64,000 nt of DNA from Hyaloraphidium curvatum SAG 235-1 (GCA_025558095.1 JAIVFI010000002.1:806001-870000); one strand, 5' to 3'. Numbered from the stretch's first letter, positions 12,169 to 27,737 are shown. The notes: generated from the letters alone by a model not told the origin. A program made the numbers and translations.

Positions 12169-13177
12169 CTTTCGTAGAAAATACAAGCAAAAACAGTCCC
12201 TTTTGACAGCATAACGAGCGTAACGGACTTATGCAAAAGGTTAGTGGAAATTATACCCGGGCTAAACACCTCTCAGAATGTGGAAGCTTTTCACAAACCG
12301 CCGTTTCTCGTCGAGCTTTGCCGAACGGCGCCCGGCCCCCGTTCCAACTGCCACTTTATTGTTACCGCCTCTCTCTCTGGGGTTGCTTTTGGTGGCGCGG
12401 GCCGGGAGCATGGCGAAGCAAGGACTATGGGGCCTTGGTCTGCCAGCGTCGCCGACCCTCGAATTCCGTCGAATCCCGGCCAAAGCCTCTTCGAATCGCT
12501 TTTCTGATGTGCAATCGTGGTTGTCGTGGGTTGCGTTGGGCTGCGCGATGGCATGGGTTGTTGGTGGAGGGGCAAGGGGAGCAACACGTTCGCTTGGCGC
12601 CTGTGGTTGCACTTGCCGCCTTCCTAGGCAGCTGGTCACGGGCGATTCGCTGCTTCTGCTATGGAACCACGTCTTTGGAGAAGCGGGAATCGTGGCCCGA
12701 AGGAATTCAGTGCGGGAGGACGCGCCGGAGATGCGCGGGGACCCCGGTCCCGACATCGCTGTGTCCCCCATGCACCACAAAGGATGGTCTTCTATTCGTG
12801 CGGGCTGGCGCATGCAAATGAGAGAAGTGCATTCATCTTGTGGCCATGGCGCTCACAAGGCCGGGAGGCCGTTCTTCTGGTCCCCGTTTGCGGCCGCGGG
12901 ACCGTACACGCGAAGGCCCACACCCTTGCTCGCCGGTCCGCCGGCCACTCTCCTGCCACCGCAATGCTTCCGTGGCTTTATTGCCTTTTGAGTGAAGCGC
13001 TCCCAGTGCGGCGACAGCCAGCTTGACATGGCAAAATGGAAACCCTGGCACAATTCGGCCGGTCAAATCTGCCCTGCCCCCCACGCCCCCGCTTTGCAAT
13101 GGGACAAACGCCGCCTCGCGTAATAGCTTGCCCTGATTGCCTATGGCAATGATTGATGTGGGCCTTGATTCCAGACG

Positions 13178-13454
13178 TGTTGGAGAGGGGCAGTTTCTGG
13201 CGGCAGGGGACAGTATGCCAGACCAGGTCAAGCCGGGCCTAGTGCTTTAGCCCGCTGCACAAGTGGTTCAATCTCACAGGACTCGGAAGGCCCGAAGTAG
13301 AGTTGATTGTAGCCGGGGTTTGACCTGGAGAATCGCTTGAGGGAGACTGTCTCCCGAGGGGGACATCTCAGAAGGATCGGACTGGACGGATTCGGACCCC
13401 GCCGAAGACAAATTCCGCACCGCGAGGACGAATGTAAACTGATGAACTGTGGAG
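13178..13454 (-). repeat. LTR-end-like fragment
   Basis: Begins TGTTGGAG like the copia LTR end; adjacent minus-strand TGGAATCAAGGC is PBS-like; cut by a LINE tail. Confidence 0.35.
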
Positions 13455-13556
13455 GAATAGAATGGTATTGGTGACCCGGAACTGCCCTTGGCTTGGCCTC
13501 TGTTACACCATCAGTTTGCTGCTAATTTGAAGATTGTCGCCGTGCATCTTTTTCAT
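13455..13556 (-). mobile_element. Diverged ~100-bp LINE 3' end (copy C)
   Basis: Aligns by eye to 4821-4926 (3' UTR and GAATA tail) with several substitutions. Confidence 0.85.
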
Positions 13557-13569
13557 GTGTGGTGATTGA

Positions 13570-14330
13570 CGACTGCTTGTGAGGACTAGCCCTATCTGTG
13601 ACTTAGGGAACCTCCGCATGCCCAACCCAAAGAAGCTCCGCTCCTCACGATCAGTTCATCATCTCCTTGTCATCAGCCTCCGCAACAGACTGCCGCTTGT
13701 AGTAGTTGACTGCATATGATACTGACCACTATTGCATCTTTGCCCAAACCTGGTGGCTGCCCATGTACTGCTTGACAAGCATGCACGGGCTCATTTCATG
13801 CCTTTTTGTTGCTGCCTTGCTTGCTGTCCCCCAAACTTGTGTCATGGGTCACTTCTGGGCCAACATTATGTGCAGTGCTTTCTTACTGAATCCGAGGCCC
13901 ATGGTGGAAGCTCCTATACTCGTTCTAAACAGCTTGCAGGGCTCCTGGAGTGCCTGGAAGTGGATAAGAAGCATTGCCCCGTCAAACTCAAGCTGTGGCT
14001 ACCCTGGGACCTGGGGGACTCAATGCTATGCTTGCCTTGGACTATTGAGGCTTCTCAATCATGCTGCTGTCCATTGACGAGCCTGGAGGACGTTGTCTTG
14101 ACAGGGATGCTCAATACAATGGCAAGGTCGTGGCCAAACTGTTGGGTGGACCTAGCAAGGACATTGTGGCAAGATGGCATGTATGACTGAGGCAGTTGGG
14201 TGTTCCAAGCTCAGGCAATGCAACCCAGTCAGACTTGATGGCAAGAATGGAGGAGGGTGGTAAGTGGTGCTAATTGTATTCCATGCATAGAAGTCTGACA
14301 ATTTGACAATTGTTCTGATCTGACCCTTGG
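13570..14330 (+). pseudogene. Degenerate CpG-poor coding-like relic, unknown family
   Basis: Leu-rich broken frames (LLHLCPNLVAAHV...) with stops; TG/CA-rich. Confidence 0.25.
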
Positions 14331-14334
14331 CTCA

Positions 14335-15655
14335 AGATGCCTTTTGACTATAGATTTTGGTACAAAATCGAGTCAAAAGGTTGGGGAAAAAGCGTGTGGC
14401 AAGTGGTGGGGGGGGGGGCAAACGGGACCGTCATCGAACAAGGGATTACCTCCGCTCCACAACAACACGTCCCCCTCCCCCTTGCGACGGCTCAGAAAAG
14501 GCGTCTCCTCTCATTGTCCGCAACGGCGCCTACATAGGAGCACTCGCTGTGCCCTGAGCGGTGTCGGGCGGAGCGCCATCTCCATGCGGACCGGGGTCCT
14601 CGTCAGCGAGGTTTCGTTGGCCGTCTGTGCCGCGGTCGCGGCATTGATTCTAGCGGTTCGGAGCGCATCTAACTTTGGGAAATCTATTGCGGAATTCCAC
14701 GGGGTGAGTGGGGCGGAGCGCAAGACCTAGTATCGCTGACCGCAATGGCTCGCAGCGGTCACCGCGCGCCCCCTTCATGACCTCACCACCGCCTGGCCTC
14801 CCCGATACCGGGCCTTCAAGCGTCAAATTATCTTCGGGCCTGGAGATTCCGCATCCGAGTCCCACTGCCGCGGCTAAGGCGGCGGTTGCCGACGCGTTGC
14901 GCCGCACCCCTGCTCTGTCACCTTCGCACCGGCATACCATCTATCACCGGACTTTTGAGCAAATCCAGCTCGCTAATCTAACCGAGGATGAACGCCCGCG
15001 CCGGGCGCAGAACGCGGCCTCGGCAAAGAAGTACCGCGCGCGCAAAGGTTCGTGGTGCGCGCCGTGTCGGGTTATTTCCGAGACGTCCTCGCAAAAGACG
15101 ACGAACCGATTGAATACGTAGCTGAAACCTCTGACTCGGAGCTCGGCCCGACGCCTCCGCGGATGATTCATAAGGTGGGGGCTTTTCGTCCGTGACTTAC
15201 CCCCCCCATCCTCACACCATCCCAAGACACCTAAGCCCGCCACAGGCCACGGCCGCGGTGCTTTGCACGGCAAGAAGACGACAGAACTGGACGGCTCGGA
15301 TGACGAGATCGCCACCTACAAACCACCTGCCACCAAGGTGGACTACGGCAAGCTGATTGAGGACAACCCGATACTTCAGGAGGCCATTGCCAAGATCCTT
15401 GCGGCCCAGTCTGCCACCCCCAGCAAGGGAGATGCACCCCCTGCCTCCTCTGGCCGCAAGAAGCTCAAGCGCCAGCGGGTGGCCAGCTCTACGGATTCCT
15501 GGGACTCTTAGCTCCGCTTGCTAAACATGGCCGTCAGGGGCCGCCAAGCTCGCCTTCTTATGTGACATTGTAAACATACTGTCGAATACTACCTTTCCCG
15601 CTTGTCAAAAGGCACTGTGCAGCAAGAAGCTTGCTTCTTGCCCCATGCACTCATT
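14335..15655 (+). mobile_element. Putative non-autonomous Helitron2/Helentron-type element (inner)
   Basis: 11-bp inverted pair TGCCTTTTGAC (14338) / GTCAAAAGGCA (15604); 5' hairpin 14340-14380; 3' palindrome GCAAGAAGC-TT-GCTTCTTGC at 15622-15641. Confidence 0.6.
14777..15511 (+). pseudogene. bZIP-basic-region-like gene fragment (frameshifted, one intron)
   Basis: RRAQNAASAKKYRARK basic motif; frame change near 15050; GT-AG intron ~15175-15226; basic NLS-like C-terminus RKKLKRQR. Confidence 0.45.
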
Positions 15656-16034
15656 TTGTCAAAAGGGACCAGTGGGGGAAGCTTGCTTCCCTTGAGCTCT
15701 ACGTGTGCACGACGTGTCAATGCATTGCATGCGCACGGGGTATATGGCGCGCCACGCCAAGAGCCCAGGCTTCAACCTCTTTTTCGCAAGAGAAGCCGGC
15801 AACAAGGCAGAGAAACCACAAGAGTGTGCTGGGAGTGGTGGGCGGGTACAGCACACTCGGAGGCCTTGCCTCGGACACAGTGGGTCCTCGTCCACTGCGT
15901 GTTCCAAGTCCCTTTCACAGCGGCCAAGCCAGGGCCAGCAATATTATTCTCTTCTACGCACAGCCTCTTGTGCTTGATGGTATCTACAAGAAAAGGCGCC
16001 ACACGAGGTAAAAGGCATTGAAATTGCCGGTACT

Positions 16035-17337
<1,303 letters not shown>

Positions 17338-17409
17338 TTCGATGTTTGTTTATGGCGATGGTTCGACAGCGTCCATCACTTCGTGGACTTCGTGGGGTCG
17401 CGGGCAGCT

Positions 17410-18789
17410 ATGGACGTTCGTCACGTCATCCGCGAGCGGCGCAAACGTCGCGAGGCCTCCTTTAGGATCGCATTTGCCGGGCAGGCGACGTCCGGGCCAC
17501 GCTGGTTGCGGCCGGAGCCCGTTCCGAGAGGCATCGCCGCGTGGGAGACGGCCGCCGCATCCCTGGACCAAGATCGCGGCTCGGCAGCGGGTCTCGAGCC
17601 TCCCACGACTATTGTGCGGGTGCCGCGCAACGATTACTGCCAGCGCTTCGTGGACACCGGGGAGCGACCGCAGAACTTCATTCGCGACACTACCCTCCTC
17701 GCGCGCTTCGACGAGTACCCCAAGCTCAAGGAGCTCACGAAGCTGAAGGACGAAAGGGTCCGCGCACGGGCTTACCCTCCACTCGGTATCAGTGCGGATC
17801 TTAAGACCTTCGATCTGCGGACCTTGGAGTGCAAGTTCGATGTGATCCTTATGGACCCGCCGTTGGAGGAGTTGGTTGCCTTCTTTGCTCTATTGATGCG
17901 CCCTCACGCCACCCTGCACTCCCATGCAGATATGTGCGCCGATCCCCGCAGCTCGTGGGCACCGTGAAATCGAACGAAGACGCCTTTTGGAGCTTCGAGC
18001 AGCTCGGTTCGCTGCCCATCGATGAGATCGCGGCGACGCCTTCGTTCCTCTTCATGTGGGTCGGCGATGCCGAAGGCCTGGACAAAGGAAGGGATCTGCT
18101 GGCGAAATGGGGTGCGAGGCGAGCTGTCGCAATTCCAGTGTTACATTCCTCACCCCGGCCGAGCAGGGTACCGGCGCTGTGAGGACATAACCTGGATCAA
18201 AACCAACAAGAATGGCGCGCATAGCAACTTCCACGACAATCGCTCCGTCCTGAAGCATACGAAGGAGCATTGTCTCATGGGCATGCGGGGCACGGCCCGC
18301 CGCAGTACCGACGGGCACCTCATCCACTGCAACGTGGACACGGATGTCATTATTGCCGAAGAGCCGCTGGACGGAAGTCTGTTCCAGGGTCCGGTCGAGG
18401 GGATATTGGCTGACCTTGTCCTAGGTACATCGAAGCCGGAAGAGTTGTTCTATCTGATAGAGCGGTTCTCGCTCGGCCGACGAAGGCTGCACTTGTTCGG
18501 AACGGTTTGTGACCCAAGGGTGGTTTTCACCGCTTCCTCCCGCCTCATATCGACATGCCTTGCAGGATCGTAACATCCGTCCGGGCTGGCTTACGATTGG
18601 CACGGAGGTGACGAGCACCAATTTCGATCCCGAGGAGTACCGCGATCTGTTCAAAGGCCAAGATGGCCACCTCTTGGGTTCCACACCCGGTATGGATTCG
18701 TGGATTGGAGGTCACGGCGCTTGGCTGACGTGCCCGGCGACACAGAGATCGAACAGCTGCGGCCAAAGTCGCCGCCGCCTCGTGGGTAG
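17410..18789 (+). CDS. METTL14: m6A methyltransferase non-catalytic subunit (METTL14/KAR4 family)
   Basis: [81 protein letters not shown]. Confidence 0.93.
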
Positions 18790-18790
18790 A

Positions 18791-20770
18791 TCAAGTCAGG
18801 CCCAGCTCGGCCTTCTTGAGCTTCAGTCTCTCCGTGAAGTACTGCTCCAGCTTGTTCGCGTTCTTCACGTAGCTGGTGCTGGCATCGTTGTAGTGGCGAC
18901 TGGCGGCAGGCGGGGTCAGGCACGTCGCTTATGGACAACGAGGAGACCAACCAGTTGTTGAATATCTTCTTCGTGTCCTGCACAAGCGAGTGGGGGGCGC
19001 AAAGGGTGAGAAGGTAAAGCAACATTGCATGCGCCGAGGCTCACCTTGACAAACTCGTCTTCCTTGTCGTAGTAACCGTCGTCGACGCGTTGCGCTAGCG
19101 TGGCAAGGTCTGCACACCCGTTAAATTGCCGCTCCTCCTCTGCATCCCGCGGAATCCATACCCATGGGGTCTTTGATGATTTCGTAGTAGTCGGCGACGC
19201 CTTGGACGGGCTGCAGAAAAGGCCAGGCACTGGGGTGACCCTGCTCGACGGGATGAGTGGGATGTGGGGTCGCGTAGCCGTGCGCACGTGCCTGCATGTC
19301 GGCAACGAGAGATGCCATGAGGGGATAGAGCGCGTTGCGCTTCTGCGCTGGCGGCCGCCGGGGCCTGGAATGCGAAAGCGCGTTCATCAAATCCCCGCAT
19401 CCGTCGCAAACTCGCTCCACCAACATCTTATCCATCTCTTCCGTCCAACCCGCTTCGGCTGCAAAATGTCCGTCGGGTCAAAGGCAGCCAGCCGGTTGTT
19501 CAGGGAAACCCACCGACGCCTGGTATCTCCTGAGGGTTCACCGGCGTGATAGGCCCTTTGAGGCGCTGCTTCTTGAAGCAGTCGAGGCCGTGATAGCGGG
19601 TGTGGGAGTTGGTAGTGCTCTTGATCTTTTCCTGGATGGCCTGCACAGCGCAAATGTCGCCTTCAGTCACTCGGACATCGTCAGGGACCCGCTCACCTGC
19701 TTCTGGCGCTGGATGAGCTCCCAGGCTTCCAGGTACTTGACCGGAAGCATGGAGCACTAGGGAGCGGGGTCCCGGCGTCAGCCTCTGTGCAGCAGCGAAT
19801 CCAACAGCACAAACCTGCATGATTGTGCCGCCTTCGTAGTCTTTGATGTAGCCGACCCAAACAGATCGGTCCAGCGTGATGTCCGTGGTGAACCCCTGCG
19901 CGAAGGCTTAGGAAAGCTCTCTGCGTGAAACTAGCGCCTGCCCACCTGTTTCTTGAAATATCCGATCGCGTAGTTGTCGGCGTAAGTGAGGAAGTGCTCA
20001 ATGTCGAGAGCGCTCTTGACGTGATCTTTGAGCTGGGACATAAGTCGCGCGCCGTACCCCTGGCGAACGCTGTTGAGACATCTTGACCTCCGCCGGGGAG
20101 GCTGCGCCGTACCTTGACCTGCTCCGACGAAGCTATGGCGCAGAACACGATTTCCGCGAAGCGACGGGGTGTGAAGGGCCGGTACGTTATGCCGCCGACG
20201 ACCTTGAGGGGATGCTTGACCACAGCCATGCTGACGTGATTCCTGGCGACAACCACTGAGTCCCAAAGAAAGCCAAGTCGAGGCGCAGGTGGCCCACTTG
20301 TCGTAGACGAGCCGCGCGATGTACTCCTTGGGCATCTTTGGCAGCTGCTTCTGGAAGATGTTCTTGAGGCCCGTGAGGAGGATCATGGACTCCCTGGACC
20401 CGTCGTTGACGACGACGCGGAACTGGATGATGCCCTTTGCCTCCTCCTCGAGCGCAACCGTGTGTCGGCGACTCCGCGGCGGCTGTCCGTTCCGGCAACG
20501 GTAGTGAGCGAGGGCCGGGCCGTCTTAAGCACCACCGACCAGCTCTGCCGGCGCTCCGTTCGCCTGCACCGAGCCTGGTTCCTCCGGCACATGCTTTCCG
20601 GACGCGTCCGTCCCGTTTGCCCGGTCCGGGCCCGCGGTGTGACCGTTGCCGGCCACCGGGGCCTCCCCATCGCTTGCCGTCGCCGCGTCGTCCTCGCCCG
20701 CGGCGTGCTTGCCGTTCGGCGCGGGCGCGCCTTCGGCCGATGGGCCCGCCTCGTCCCGTGTCCTCTTCAT
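18791..20770 (-). CDS. GCN5: Histone acetyltransferase GCN5
   Basis: [51 protein letters not shown]; bromodomain [19 protein letters not shown]. Confidence 0.97.
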
Positions 20771-20876
20771 GTTCTTTGCCCGGCGGCCCGACGCGACGCC
20801 TCTGTGTGTCCTAGCTGTCCGTGCGTCTCAGACAACCGGCACCGGGGGCCGGCGTCACCAATTCGACCGCGGCAAG

Positions 20877-22110
20877 ATGCTGTCCAGCACTCCCGTGCGC
20901 GGCGACGACGAACTCGCGACGGCGCGCGCGGCGTCGGCCAAGCGGCTGCAGGCGGCGTGGGAGGACATCTTCGCGCGGTACGGCGCGATCGCCGAGGAGG
21001 ACGACGACGTGGTCGACCTGCGCACCGAGACGCTGCTCGTCGACAACGGCTTCGTGCGCAACACGCCCGGCCGCCACTTCGGCGAGCTGCTCGGCTCGGT
21101 GCTCGGGCCCGGCCCCGAGAGCAGCCCGCTGGGCGCCCGCAAGCGGCGCCGCGACGACGACGGCAGCCCGCTCGCGCGCCGCAAGGCGCCGGCCAAGCGC
21201 GGTGCGTGGCCGCGGCACACTCCTTTGCATGCGCTGACCAGCCGCAGTGCACCGGGCCGAGGGGCCGGCGTGGGGCCAGGACGAGTTCGAGCTGCTCGTG
21301 GGGCCTCGCAGCGGCGCGCAGAGCAGCGCCCCGGCGTCGCAGAGCGGCCGCAAGTCGCCGGCCTCGTCGTCTGCACCTTCCGAGAGGCGCGAGCCGAGCT
21401 CCGAACCGCGTTCCGGGGGCGGCACCGATCCCGGGGGGCCAGGAGTGGGGTCGGACGGTTCTGAGGACATTCCCGACGCCGAACCTGGGCCGGACCAAGC
21501 CGCAGATTCGGACTGCGAGCACGGCAGCACGGAGCTGGACGCCGCCGACAGCGAGGGCGGGAACACTGATCGCGAGGAAGACGACGACGGCGGGGCGGAC
21601 CACGACGGCAACGGAGCCGACGACGAAGATTGCGACCGGGACGACGCGGTTCCGTCGAGCGTCAGCTCGCAGTCGATTCCCGACACAATCGGCGGTACAG
21701 GAGCGACAGACACAGGGGCCACGCGCCGGCCGCCCGAACCCTCCGAAGACGATGAGGATCCCCTCGTGAGCTCCGGGTCACAGCGGAGCAACGTTCCCGA
21801 GAATCAGGAGCAGCTTGAAGACTCAAGCACATCGGAGGAAGGCTCCAAAGAGCCGGCGTCCGGCGTGGACCAGTCACGCGAGGAGGAGGCTGGCGATGTG
21901 CACGACGATCCCCGACAAGGAGAGCAGGCGCGCTTCGCCGTCCCCGGGAGCAGTACGCCATCGCACTCCCCGGGAAGCGACCGGCGCGATACGCCGACTT
22001 TCTCCATCCGTCAGCCCAGGTCGACGACTGTGCCTTCCTCGAATGTTTCCACGCCGGGGGCCAAGATCCTGGTCTTCAGGCCGGGCGGAGGCTGGGAGTC
22101 GCTAAACTGA
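20877..22110 (+). CDS. SCM3: Scm3/HJURP-domain CENP-A chaperone-like protein
   Basis: RAASAKRLQAAWEDIFARYG...DDVVDLRTETLLVDNGF matches the Scm3 domain pattern; acidic tail; one intron. Confidence 0.75.
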
Positions 22111-22128
22111 TCGTGACCTGCAGCGACA

Positions 22129-22620
22129 TCACTTGGAACTCTTCTGCGGCGCCGTCGTCGGCACCGAGGGTAGTTGGGCCAGGAGATTCGAGGAAGCGGC
22201 TTTGGCACGGACGTTCCGCTTCGCAAGCCGCTCCTCGCGCATCCGGAAGTAGGCACTCGTCAGCTTGTACAGTTTTGGCGTTGGAATAGGGGTGGCCTTC
22301 GTCTCGCCGTCCTTTGCCTTTGGATCCTTCGAGTCCTCCTTCTGATCCCGCTTCTCGGGCGTGCTGCTTTCCGTTTTAGGCGGCTCAGGCGGCGCCAGCG
22401 GAACGCAGAAGGCAACGTCCGAAAGGTGCGATTCGCAAGTGAAAAGGAAGTCGGCATCGTTCTGGGCCACAGGGAGCTTGAGAAAACCTCCGCGCCTAAT
22501 CATGCCACGGGAAATGAGGCCTACATGGAGAACAGTGGATGAGGTCTTCCGACAGACATAGCAATCACGAGGCTCTGACGCGGTCCGACGTTCGTAACGA
22601 TTGACTAGCTTTGCGGCCAT
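22129..22620 (-). CDS. VFA1: VPS4-associated protein 1 family
   Basis: NRYERR...CYVCRKTSSTVL..DFLFTCESHLSD..F; C-terminal YKL...F.MR; one intron. Confidence 0.8.
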   Translation of the reverse strand: MAAKLVNRYERRTASEPRDCYVCRKTSSTVLHVGLISRGMIRRGGFLKLPVAQNDADFLFTCESHLSDVAFCVPLAPPEPPKTESSTPEKRDQKEDSKDPKAKDGETKATPIPTPKLYKLTSAYFRMREERLAKRNVRAKAASSNLLAQLPSVPTTAPQKSSK

Positions 22621-22769
22621 GTTGTGTATTGGGCAACGACGGGGAATCGTCGTGACCCGCAAACTCCGGTCAACACCTTCCGAATCAAAAGGCGGGACCA
22701 GGACCGGACCTTCATCGCAAGACGAAATGTACATGACATAGACGAAGAAGAAGAATCGAAGAAGAAAAC

Positions 22770-25355
22770 CTATGCTGCCGGCGGCACGTGCCCGTTCACG
22801 AGAATCTCCCCCGTGATCGCCGGATTGGCCATCGATATCAGCTTCTCGAAGCTCTGCACCGATCCAGCGCTTGCCGCGCGCTCAAAGAAGCGCGAGGCCT
22901 CTGCAATGTCCCTAGTGCATCCCAGGCCGCTCTCTAAGCAGATCCCGGTCCAATGCATCGCTTGGACCGAACCCCCCTCCGCGGCCTTCCGGAAGTTCTC
23001 ATACGCTTCCTCGTAGTTACGCTCGACCCCATGGCCGTGGAATAGGTGCCACGCGAGCTTGTTCTGAGCCCTTGCGTGGCCCTGTGCCGCTGCCAGGCGG
23101 AAGAGGCGCACAGCCTCCCTGACATCGCGCTTCACCCTGGCCGAGCCCTCCGCCAGCAGGCAAGCCAAGTTCGTCTGGGCCCACATGTTGCCCTGTTGGG
23201 CGCTCTTGGTGTACCAATGAAGCGCCCGTCTTGAGTCAGCCGGGGTCCCCGATCCGGACTCATAGAGCGACGCCAAGGTGTTCTGCCGATGGGCACGATC
23301 AACCACAAATGCAGCCGCGACTCGTGATGTACAAACCTGCGCGAGATCGTTGCCGCCGCGTGCTGCCAACCGGATCCAATAGAAGGCTTGCTTCTCGCAC
23401 ACTTCCACCCCGATCCCAGATCTGTAGCAGCACCCCAAAGACAGCTGCGCCGGTGCGTGGCCCATGGATGCGCTTGCTCTGTAGAGCGCGACGGCTTGCC
23501 TCGGGTCCGCGTCCACTCCGATGCCGTTCTGGTAAGCATAGCCTTGGCAGAGCATCAGAGGACCGCGGATTCCTCTCCCCACCCAAACCCAAAACCCACC
23601 GAGGCTGTGCATGGCAAATACATTGCCTTGCTCTGCACTTTTCCTGTACCACTCTACCGCTAGTGCCTCATCTTTGGCCACTCCAATGCCTGAGGGAGGC
23701 GTCGTCAGTGTAATTTATCAAGCATTAGCCCCGGCAGGCATCGGAGTGACTGATCCAAGCAGCCCTGCCCCGAAACCTACTCACCATATTGAAGGGCGTG
23801 CCCGTAATTATGACCGGCCCGACTGTGGCCTTGAATAGCGGCTCTCCTGTACCATTCAGCGCCCTGTTCCACGTCCACCACGCAGCCGATTCCGTTCTGC
23901 AAACAGAACCCTGGACAACACCAGCGTTAGGCGGGTTCCGGAGGCCGTATGGAAAGCGTATCACCGAGGTTGGTTTGTGCCCAAGGATACCCTTGCTCCG
24001 CGGAAAGCCTGTAGTAGTGAACTGCAAGTTCCTCGGACTTCTCGAAGCCCGCTTGCCCTTCCTCGAGAAGGAATCCGAGGGAATTCTGCAACGCATTTCA
24101 GCAAAAGCAGCATTGGCACAGTCGTGACATGTGGAAAACATACTTGAGCGTAGCAGTTTCCGGCCTCTGCGGAAAGCCTGTACCACCGTACAGCCTCGGA
24201 AAGCGATTTTTGGACCCCGATGCCTTCCTCGTAACCTTTCCCCCCAGAGTCAATCAGATTGGGACCTTGAAAAGACGAACCTTAACCCACAATGAGCGAC
24301 GTTGTACTGTGAGACGCTCTCCCCTTGCTCAGCCGCCTGAAGGTAGAGCTGAAATGCCTTCTCGACGTCCTTTTCGCAGCCAAAGCCCCTGCGGCGAAAT
24401 TGAGGACCACACGCGCGGCGGAACTTGAAGATGACACTTACTCGCCGAAACAATATCCGAGGATACCAATGGCTCGTGGTTGGCCGGCGTCAGCACCTCG
24501 ACGGTAGTGGTGGATAGCCATGTGGGCGTCTTGGTCGCATCCAACCCCGTCATGGAAGCAGACTCCGAGGGCGTAGTTCGCTTCTGGGTGGTTATACTTC
24601 TCCGCAGCATCCCGGAGCCACTGAATGGCCGAGGGTCCCTGGGCCTCGACCTTCTTGATCCACCCCTCTGCCTCAATCCGGTCGATCTTTACGCCGGGTC
24701 GACCGTACTTGCGAAGGAACGCCAGCCGCGCTTGCGCTAGCCCTGATGCACGAGCGGCGGCAGCCATGTAAAGCGTTTCGGCTCCCTTGAAGTCCTGGGA
24801 ATCCATTCCTAGGCCGAACTCGTGGGCGAAACCGAGCAAAGCCTGTGCATGCACATGTCCCTGGGCAGCTACACGGCGAAGGATGCGCACAGCCCGTGCA
24901 TCGTCGCGGGCAACCCCGTCACGCCCAAGAAGAAGCCGGTCAGCCTGCTCGACCAGGGAGTCCAGGGATCCTTCATCCGAGCTCTGGGGCTGTGAAAGGT
25001 GCACCCGTCTTCGCAGCCGCTTGAGTATCGATCCGAGTCCCGCAGCGTGTTGGTGGGGCTCAGGGGCCGAGCTCGGCAGAGGAGAGCTCGGAGGGGATGG
25101 CAGACCATGAGGCTCGCAGTTCGCCGCAGGCCACGTCCCGTGCGATTCCAATCTTCCAGATATTGAGCTCGGTGGGCCAGGGGACGACGGCGCGAGACCG
25201 CCCGGCAGCGGTGCGTAGGTGGGGGACACGGGTGCCGCAGCGGGCGATCGCGTCGGATCAGAGTCCTCTGCGGTGCGATGAAGGAGGAGATCGGGCTTTC
25301 CGATCCCCTCCTGCTTGCCAGAAGCGCCGCCGTTCGCCGTTGGCCGGGCTGCCAT
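22770..25355 (-). CDS. Sel1-like repeat protein
   Basis: More than 10 Sel1 repeats (A...LG.C...G.G...D...A..WY..AA.QG) across spliced exons; start codon uncertain. Confidence 0.88.
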
Positions 25356-25575
25356 TGCTGCGGCGGGCAGCCCCCGAATCTTCCACGCGGGTGCTAGTCA
25401 CGATGCGGGCTCCAGCGCCCCGAGTTCCTTTTGGCACCCCAAAAGGAGGACACAGAAGGAGTCGGTTGGCCGCGGCGGGCCGGGATCGGTGCAGGGCGAC
25501 GTGAAGCGTGCCAGGAATCTGCTGCGGTCGTCGATCGCCCGCGCGCCCGGTCACATCCCCCTCCGCCCGCCCACC

Positions 25576-27737
<2,162 letters not shown>

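Larger units (their letters stand above)
12190..15700 (+). mobile_element. Putative non-autonomous Helitron2/Helentron-type element (outer)
   Basis: 13-bp inverted pair GTCCCTTTTGACA (12196) / TGTCAAAAGGGAC (15657); 5' hairpin 12199-12240; 3' palindrome GGGAAGC-TT-GCTTCCC at 15676-15691. Confidence 0.55.

Noticed and set aside
12940-12990. Similarity to 15797-15845 (GNKA...SG.R)
   Set aside because: Too weak and inconsistent in position relative to the terminal motifs
12231-13100. ORFs of 120-240 aa on both strands
   Set aside because: No recognisable motif or coding bias; left unassigned as element cargo
13178-13400. 5' LTR partner of the 6155-6378 LTR
   Set aside because: Only the terminal 8 bp and a short motif match; not alignable
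13430-13460. CTGATGA as a hammerhead ribozyme core
   Set aside because: No stem II or GAAA in the required position
18373-18424. Possible GA-AG intron in METTL14
   Set aside because: A canonical GT donor 3 nt downstream gives EEPLDGSTSKP, matching homolog spacing
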